Assembly (NCBI GenBank): GCA_027450145.1 | Contig: DAIDKH010000035.1 | Span: 1-44,990, forward strand | DNA: 44,990 nucleotides | DNA from: Chthonomonadaceae bacterium | GTDB lineage: Bacteria > Armatimonadota > Chthonomonadetes > Chthonomonadales > Chthonomonadaceae | Direction: 5' to 3' | In this document: positions 38,880-44,990 of the stretch, piece by piece | Numbering within the stretch: position 1 is the first letter of the stretch | Layout of the letters: each line of letters opens with the position of its first letter | The notes under the pieces: model-generated | Database searches by the model: none | Seen by the model: only the letters and a program-made list of their open reading frames with translations | What the model was told of the DNA's origin: nothing | Translations under genes and position numbers: made by a program

Positions 38880-41385
38880 TGGGCGAAGCCATATCCTTAA
38901 TCGTAATGCTGGTGCCGTTGCTGACACACTGCACGGCTCCATCGAGATCTGTTCTATAGACGTTGGGCACCGTAGCCTCCAACCTTGAAACGACATCTGG
39001 TGAGGGGTGCCCATAGATGTTGTCAAGACCAACGGAAATGACAGCCGCAGATGGTCGCACCATCGCAAGAAACTTTGTCGTGGTGCTGGTGTCACTGCCG
39101 TGGTGCCCCACTTTTAGAACATTTGCTGATAGTGGCATACCAGCGGTAATAAGGTCTTGCTCCTCCGGAGCTTCAGCGTCGCCCATAAAGAGGAACGATG
39201 TACGCCCATAGACTAATCTCAGCACGACACTGGCGTTATTTGGCGGGCCGGCAGACTCCTCGCGGGTAGGCGCAAGTAACTCAGCGCTAACACGCCCACC
39301 ACCACGCAGGAATTCTGCCGGTTCCGCTGTAAAATCTGGCACGTTGCGCATTGCACATGCTGCACGATAGTCATTTTCCTCCTGCGATGCGGTGTTTTGC
39401 CCATTGTCAATCACCTGACCTACCGGTATTTGGTTGATCAACGTCGCTGCTCCGCCGATGTGATCGCTGTGCGGATGCGTGAGTATAATTGCATCTACAG
39501 ACTGAACGCCTTGACTTCGCAAAAAAGGTAGTACAACACGCCTGCCCGCGTCGTCTCCCGTCTCATGATTAATAGGCCCAGTATCGATCAAAATAGTCTT
39601 GCGATTTGGCAGCTGAATAACGCAACTATCCCCTTGTCCTACGTCTAGGTAAGTTACAACAAGCTTATCGGTCGACCCAATGGGCCAATAGTTGGCAATT
39701 TGCAGGCTAATCGGTACCAACAGCGTTAGGGCAGCAAGCACCAACAGGCCTGAAATCAGATGCGGTAACGAATTTGGGGGAGACGTTTCGCGCAACGCTC
39801 CATTGCTTGCGTTCAATCTGCTGAGGAAAGCAGCGCCTATTGCAATTGTTCCATAGACGCTCACCAGCAGCCATGCCGGTGGCGTCCGTTGCGAAAGTAC
39901 GACCCAGGTAGGATGCGCCAGCACAGCAGCTAGTTCTCGCTCCAAGTCCAGCAGGCATCGCAGTACCGACACAAACAGTGGCGCCGGAATGAGCAATGTG
40001 GGTACTGCCAGGATTACAGCCCCTAAGGCGGGCAGCAAAAGCAGGAGAGAATTGAATACGCCTAGGGGAGTAATAGAATGAAACCAGATGGCAGTCATGG
40101 GCGCCGCGCCTATCTGAGCGGTAGCTGCCACTGCCACAGTCTCCGCGAATGTCAGGAAAACCCGCCTGCCCATTGGTACTTTTCGACCGGGCCACCTGTG
40201 AATTGCGAACCTTTGAATAATCGCAAAAATGGGAGGCAGCAGGCTCGCCATGACTATAACAACGCTAAAGGAGAGCTGGAATCCTACATCTACCAGCTCG
40301 GTTGGCGAGTATACGAGCAGAAAAAACGCTGCAGCGGCGAGTGCGGATGGCCAATCGGGCTCCCGAAGCGCAAAGAGGCCCAGCAGACCAATGGAGGCCG
40401 TAAAAGCCGCCCGGTCGATCGATGGTCGTCCCCCTGCAAGCAACGAATAGGCAGTGATTATCAGGATGGTAAGCAGAATAGACGCCCTGTAAGGTATCCC
40501 AATCTGGCGCCATACAAATGGCAGAAACAACAGCAATAACCCAACCTGCAGACCTCCCGTGGCAAGCAGGTGCGCGGCTCCAGTACGGTTAAACGCATCT
40601 CTTAGAGAGAGCGACAAACCTCCACGTTCACCAAGTACCTGCGCAGCGAGCAACGCAGCATCGTCGGGGGAGAGAATCGACCGTGCTCGAACTGTAAGGA
40701 ACCTACGAATTGCGAAGAGAGCTCTTAATGGCAGTGCGTAGGGGGCTAGATCTGCACGAAGCTTCCAATCGTCGGTGTGCCTCACGACTAGATCGCACGA
40801 AACGCCGCGTGCATGCAGGTACGCTGTCTCAGAGAACGAACCCGGGTTGTGCAAGGTTCTGGGTCGCTGAAGCAGGCCGCGCGCAGTAATTTGATCCCCA
40901 TACTGCGGTATTTCACCCAAACTGAACGATGCAGGAAGCGCGAGTTCAGCCTCAACCAGTCCAGAAGTTGGAAATTTTCCCAGCGACGCCCCTACCGAGA
41001 TTGTATTCACCCGAATGATGCAACGAATGGCGGGGCTAACCGAACGGTTACTGGCCTGCGGCAGCTCAACATCAGACACCACCCGACCGGATACGGTCGC
41101 CAGACTTGGCACGTATTGTGAAACTCCTCCACGGAAAGGTAACGCCGCATCCCGGCCGCGCACTACGCCCAATATGACTGTTAGGCACAGAAGGGCGGAT
41201 ACCACAAACGACCTTCGACAGGTAAAAAAGCTTCCGACAAGGATAAGCGCAGTTGTGGCAAACAGTATGAAAACCGACAACCATGCAACACTTGCTAGCA
41301 GCAAACCCAAGGTGAATGCCGCCAATAATAGAATCAATGGGCGCTTAGTTAATTCGGTTGGTAGAGAGAGATGTGATGTTGGCAC
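38854..41385 (-). CDS. comEC: DNA internalisation competence protein ComEC/Rec2 with C-terminal metallo-beta-lactamase domain
   Basis: A multi-TM N-terminal region and competence domain are followed by the MBL motif ILTHPHSDHIGG. It uses a GTG start. Confidence 0.8.
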   Translation of the reverse strand: MPTSHLSLPTELTKRPLILLLAAFTLGLLLASVAWLSVFILFATTALILVGSFFTCRRSFVVSALLCLTVILGVVRGRDAALPFRGGVSQYVPSLATVSGRVVSDVELPQASNRSVSPAIRCIIRVNTISVGASLGKFPTSGLVEAELALPASFSLGEIPQYGDQITARGLLQRPRTLHNPGSFSETAYLHARGVSCDLVVRHTDDWKLRADLAPYALPLRALFAIRRFLTVRARSILSPDDAALLAAQVLGERGGLSLSLRDAFNRTGAAHLLATGGLQVGLLLLFLPFVWRQIGIPYRASILLTILIITAYSLLAGGRPSIDRAAFTASIGLLGLFALREPDWPSALAAAAFFLLVYSPTELVDVGFQLSFSVVIVMASLLPPIFAIIQRFAIHRWPGRKVPMGRRVFLTFAETVAVAATAQIGAAPMTAIWFHSITPLGVFNSLLLLLPALGAVILAVPTLLIPAPLFVSVLRCLLDLERELAAVLAHPTWVVLSQRTPPAWLLVSVYGTIAIGAAFLSRLNASNGALRETSPPNSLPHLISGLLVLAALTLLVPISLQIANYWPIGSTDKLVVTYLDVGQGDSCVIQLPNRKTILIDTGPINHETGDDAGRRVVLPFLRSQGVQSVDAIILTHPHSDHIGGAATLINQIPVGQVIDNGQNTASQEENDYRAACAMRNVPDFTAEPAEFLRGGGRVSAELLAPTREESAGPPNNASVVLRLVYGRTSFLFMGDAEAPEEQDLITAGMPLSANVLKVGHHGSDTSTTTKFLAMVRPSAAVISVGLDNIYGHPSPDVVSRLEATVPNVYRTDLDGAVQCVSNGTSITIKDMASPTTKVFVRP

Positions 41386-41826
41386 AGGTGCCCCCGCTCA
41401 ACAAGCGCATTAGTTACTATTAGTCTTAACCTGAAAAGTGCGGTTTACATCGGTTGAAAGTCGGTAAACGTGCTCAAAATTCGCGAATGCACTCGGTAAC
41501 TCCTTCTTGCAGGTACCACTCCGCTGGTGCTTGCGGTACCACGGGGTTTCAACACCGTGCTAGCAGCACGCTGGTGTGAACACGGGGTTGGCGTGACATC
41601 TCCCCCACAGCTACCGCGTCGCCCCCTCCTTCTGGCACTCGCGACGCTCGTTGAAGGAGGAAATGCGGATTGAGCCGACCGAGGGGAGCCGAGGTGGCCA
41701 GCAGAAGGTGTTTGCAATGAACCAGATGGTAAACCTGATCACCCTAAATTGCAAGATAAAAAATTTATGTCAATTCGAGAAAAATGAATCATTACAAATT
41801 CAATAAATGTGTATAATAGTAGTTGA

Positions 41827-43632
41827 TTGAAGGCGATAGTTTGTGAAATTAAAGTATTGTTGATGAAATGGAGCAGAAATCATGAGCGTATATCGATCAA
41901 TTCCCCCCCCCGACGCGTGGGTTCCCGGACGGAAATAAATTGGCAGCGTAGCCATTTGTTCTCTGCTAGGGTTGTCTGCGGCGCAATCGTCGCCCTGTTC
42001 TCCGGCCTTACTGCAACCGCCGTCCGCGCGCAGGCACCGCCGCCGTATGGTGCCAACGGATGGATGATCACTTCAACCGGCAGTGAGACAGTACAATTTC
42101 AGGGAGCCCAAACTCAGCCTTTGACGACATTTCCGGATAACAGCACCTCTCTGAATTCGTTCTACTTTTTACTCCCTGCGCCATATGGAGCTGCCGCCAG
42201 TGGCCGCGCGAGCGTTGCCAACGCTTCTGCAGAATGGGCCATAAACTGCATCTATAACGGATCAAACGGTCTTCCAGACCCCGCTAGCGCTCCTCCTGTA
42301 GTTGTAGAACTCTATTCAGAAGCTCAGGCATCCTGGTCAGCGTCCGGTAATTCATTCGGGCGGAATCTTGCAGCCGATGCTTTGGGTGGTGTGAGCACAG
42401 CAGTACCTTTCGCGTTTGTTAAGGACGATAAATACCTGGTATTTCAGCCGTCAAACGGGCAATTCTCCTTGGGTACGCTGAAACTTCAAGCAAGCTGCAC
42501 AGTAGCAGGTGCTCAGGCGCTCGGTGTAGATGGGGAGCTGGACGGTATAATCTTCAATTATCCTGAGGTTGCCGGTACAGGTGTTTCCGAGTACTACTCA
42601 AAAGGCGCAGGTGGAATCCCCGTGCCGGATGCCTACCAACCAGATGGCAGTATAACAGTGGATCTACCCCTTACCGTAGCGCAGAGCGCTGGAACGAGTT
42701 CCGGCAGCACCGATACCATGCTTGGTCAGTTCAATCTGTTTTACAACGATAACACAGACAGCGTGAATAAGCCCTACTATACGTTCTGGACGGCTAAGGA
42801 TAGCGGGCCGACGACCACATTGCTAGACCGGGATCCAGGTCCATTGTCCTTTCAGCCTGTTTCTGGCGGGGCCACGTATTCGCTGACGCAAGTTCGCACT
42901 ACTGAGGTAGTCACAGCACCGAATCCAGTCCAAGGCCAGGCTCCGACCATGCCGTCACTTGGGTCAACCACGATCGAAGCGGATTTAGAATACGGTGTAA
43001 ATCCAGCAGGAGATCCCCTTCCCGATTTGTCGAATGTAATGAATATAAATTGGCACTATCAACTCGAAAACCCGGTGTCAGTAGGCACGCCACTCCTTAA
43101 TTGGGTCAATGATCCCAGCTTTGCAATGGTGCCACCGCCTGCTCCAGATACCGGCTATCCGCCTGGCGCCGCCATACCGTACACGGTTGATTCCGCGGCA
43201 GGCTCCGATGCCGGTACCGCGGAACAAACTGCACTTCAGACCTATGCACCGGGCGTCTTTTCCATTCTCTCGGCACTCACCACCGAGTTTCCTGAGGTGG
43301 CTGCTCTGTTTGCTGGTGTGGGCGGTGCCGCGTCGCTGTTTCCGCCGGGCACCACGGTGCAGGCCTACCTAGACTGGGCTGATTTGTGGACGCCATCCTC
43401 TATCTCCACTCCCACATATATCCACAATGGCGGCTCATGGCAAAAGCTGCCTTCGAGTACGGTGGAGGATAATTACGTTCTCACCAACGTCACAAGCGAG
43501 ATCGAGCTGAAGAACAACTACTATACAATGGATAAATATGCTGCGAACGGCTACCAGGGGCAATACCCTATCGATATACGGTATCAAGTTGGGCGCCGGT
43601 ATTATCCCACGTTTACCGATACGTTGGGGTGA
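41827..43632 (+). CDS. Secreted hypothetical protein (~560 aa mature), start uncertain (candidates: ATG 41827/41863, GTG 41917, TTG 41956)
   Basis: A classic signal peptide (M)FSARVVCGAIVALFSGLTATAVRAQA is present, but no domain was recognised. A C9 tract lies between the first ATG and the signal peptide. Confidence 0.5.
   Translation: MKAIVCEIKVLLMKWSRNHERISINSPPRRVGSRTEINWQRSHLFSARVVCGAIVALFSGLTATAVRAQAPPPYGANGWMITSTGSETVQFQGAQTQPLTTFPDNSTSLNSFYFLLPAPYGAAASGRASVANASAEWAINCIYNGSNGLPDPASAPPVVVELYSEAQASWSASGNSFGRNLAADALGGVSTAVPFAFVKDDKYLVFQPSNGQFSLGTLKLQASCTVAGAQALGVDGELDGIIFNYPEVAGTGVSEYYSKGAGGIPVPDAYQPDGSITVDLPLTVAQSAGTSSGSTDTMLGQFNLFYNDNTDSVNKPYYTFWTAKDSGPTTTLLDRDPGPLSFQPVSGGATYSLTQVRTTEVVTAPNPVQGQAPTMPSLGSTTIEADLEYGVNPAGDPLPDLSNVMNINWHYQLENPVSVGTPLLNWVNDPSFAMVPPPAPDTGYPPGAAIPYTVDSAAGSDAGTAEQTALQTYAPGVFSILSALTTEFPEVAALFAGVGGAASLFPPGTTVQAYLDWADLWTPSSISTPTYIHNGGSWQKLPSSTVEDNYVLTNVTSEIELKNNYYTMDKYAANGYQGQYPIDIRYQVGRRYYPTFTDTLG
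41903..41911. repeat. Homopolymeric C9 tract in the 5' region of a secreted-protein gene
   Basis: ttCCCCCCCCCgacg was read directly from the sequence. Confidence 0.9.
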
Positions 43633-43733
43633 TGAACTGAGCTCTACTTTGCGCACCTGCGGCCTTGCTGCTGCGAGATCTGCAGGTGCGTCATTTTAAA
43701 CAATTAATTTGCCACATGGGAAGTGAGGGCGAG

Positions 43734-44771
43734 ATGATTAAACTGCAAAGTCGGCTTATGCCAATAGCAATTGGCGCGTTGTTTGTGGTTCTTCAACTAG
43801 GTGCGCACGCCGTTCCCTCTGCGGTGACAATTAACCCTGGTTATAAAAATCCGTGGTGGATATCTGCAGCAGTCAGGCAAACCGTGGTGAAGGAACAAAA
43901 TTACCTCTACCACGGTGGCATAAGGAAGTTGCACTGGATGGTTACGCCGTGGAAAACTGCGGAAGATCCGGCTTATATGCATGTGAAGGCGATGATCGAT
44001 CGTCAGTTCAGGAACCACACGTTGCAAAGTCACTATAAGTCGTACGAAAATGAGTATGCAGATGCTTCCACCAATTCCATCGTATTCTTCAAGTGGGCAT
44101 ACGCCACCTATACGCTGGCGGTAAGTGAGTCGCCGCATCACTTTGCGAATCATCAGACGAACCTGATTTTCGCGGCATTTACAACACTTCCTTCACCGCA
44201 TGAACGGGCCTATGACGCCTTAAGATTGATATGCGCTCCTGGTTACATCTGGATGCTCTACCATTATACGAAGTCTCCCAACACTGTTCCACCTTTTCCG
44301 CCACAGGGGCTGCAGCTTGCGTGGAGTTATCGTGACTGGCCACAATTGTTTACCGCCATCTGTTTAGATTATCATAATAACTTGCAGTACAACCGGCGAT
44401 TGGTTCAGTTAATGGTTAGTTTAAAGCCAGTTTATGGACGTACGATATGGTACAAGGAGGCCCTGGCGGATCTCTATTACGTGCAGGTTAATGGACAAAT
44501 GACTATTACACCAAGGCCCTCGGCAACGGTTGCGCGGTTCACTGTAGCGCTTTACAACGAAGCCATAAAGGAGCGCAAAGACGATCTCAAAGAGGTTAAG
44601 CGCGAAAATACCATGAGGTTCCCAAATAACATTGGGTTTGATGTTACGTACGTGTATGGCGTATATGTAAAGTACCCGTCAATTGCACCTTCCAACTACA
44701 AGGTGCCTAAAGGTGCTTTGCCACTTAGTGCTTACAAGAAGTCAGGTTATTTTAAACTCCCGGGAAAGTAA
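43734..44771 (+). CDS. Secreted hypothetical protein, Tyr/Trp-rich
   Basis: A signal peptide MIKLQSRLMPIAIGALFVVLQLGAHA is preceded by a GAGGG Shine-Dalgarno. No domain was recognised. The listed ORF starts at 43665. Confidence 0.45.
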   Translation: MIKLQSRLMPIAIGALFVVLQLGAHAVPSAVTINPGYKNPWWISAAVRQTVVKEQNYLYHGGIRKLHWMVTPWKTAEDPAYMHVKAMIDRQFRNHTLQSHYKSYENEYADASTNSIVFFKWAYATYTLAVSESPHHFANHQTNLIFAAFTTLPSPHERAYDALRLICAPGYIWMLYHYTKSPNTVPPFPPQGLQLAWSYRDWPQLFTAICLDYHNNLQYNRRLVQLMVSLKPVYGRTIWYKEALADLYYVQVNGQMTITPRPSATVARFTVALYNEAIKERKDDLKEVKRENTMRFPNNIGFDVTYVYGVYVKYPSIAPSNYKVPKGALPLSAYKKSGYFKLPGK

Positions 44772-44990
44772 CAGGGCGTTCAGCCCTCATTGTGCCAGTT
44801 GGGTTGAAGGATTGCCACTTTTCGAATCGCCGTCGTCATCTGTACCCCTCGCTCAAGGAGCGTAGCGACTGCCCGGGAGATGGGTGGCCCGCAGGGCCGC
44901 GGAGAGGTCACCCAACCTTGGCAGTTGCAGGTCAGATAGGTTCATTGTCACGGAGATGACGATAAGAAAAAGTTGAAACATTTATTAGAA

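Noticed and set aside
41445-41717. 90-aa ORF upstream of comEC
   Set aside because: The product is Arg/Ser/Pro-rich and looks like nonsense, as is typical of a frame through GC-rich structured DNA. It is reported as a candidate RNA region instead.

Overview
This is a 45 kb bacterial chromosomal segment of moderately high GC. The gene content suggests a Planctomycetes/Verrucomicrobia/Armatimonadetes-type organism: three DUF1559 prepilin-like proteins, a sulfatase beside a glycoside hydrolase, and secreted beta-propeller and porin genes. Most of the window is ordinary housekeeping. Recognisable genes include an MCP and a PilZ/YcgR-like protein, plsC, rimI, rpsU with a clean terminator, family-4 UDG convergent with a family-B DNA polymerase, and an NfeD-flotillin operon. 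Further along are an M48 peptidase, a porin-amtB-glnK-glnK' operon, phosphoketolase, an OprO/P-like porin, a SurA-like PPIase, purL, a sulfatase, a glycoside hydrolase and comEC. The left edge carries a pseudogenised IS1595-family transposase with a frameshift and a TAG at the conserved Tyr. The most unusual region is 17.4-21.5 kb, a co-oriented cluster of secreted low-complexity proteins. Two are paralogs with a cationic Pro/Arg-rich repeat linker, a Tyr-rich segment containing SWSPYYYYG, and a conserved C-terminal globular domain. The third is a Gly/Ser/Phe/Tyr 'glycine-loop'-like protein with a C-terminal TM anchor that shares the Tyr-rich segment. This looks like a candidate undescribed extracellular matrix or adhesive module. 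Other points: a C9 homopolymer at the 5' end of a secreted-protein gene (possible phase variation), a sigma-28-like promoter upstream of the MCP, a perfect palindrome upstream of polB, a hairpin-dense GC-rich leader upstream of comEC, and an unexplained ~650 nt non-coding gap after the flotillin gene. No CRISPR array, rRNA or tRNA was found by eye.
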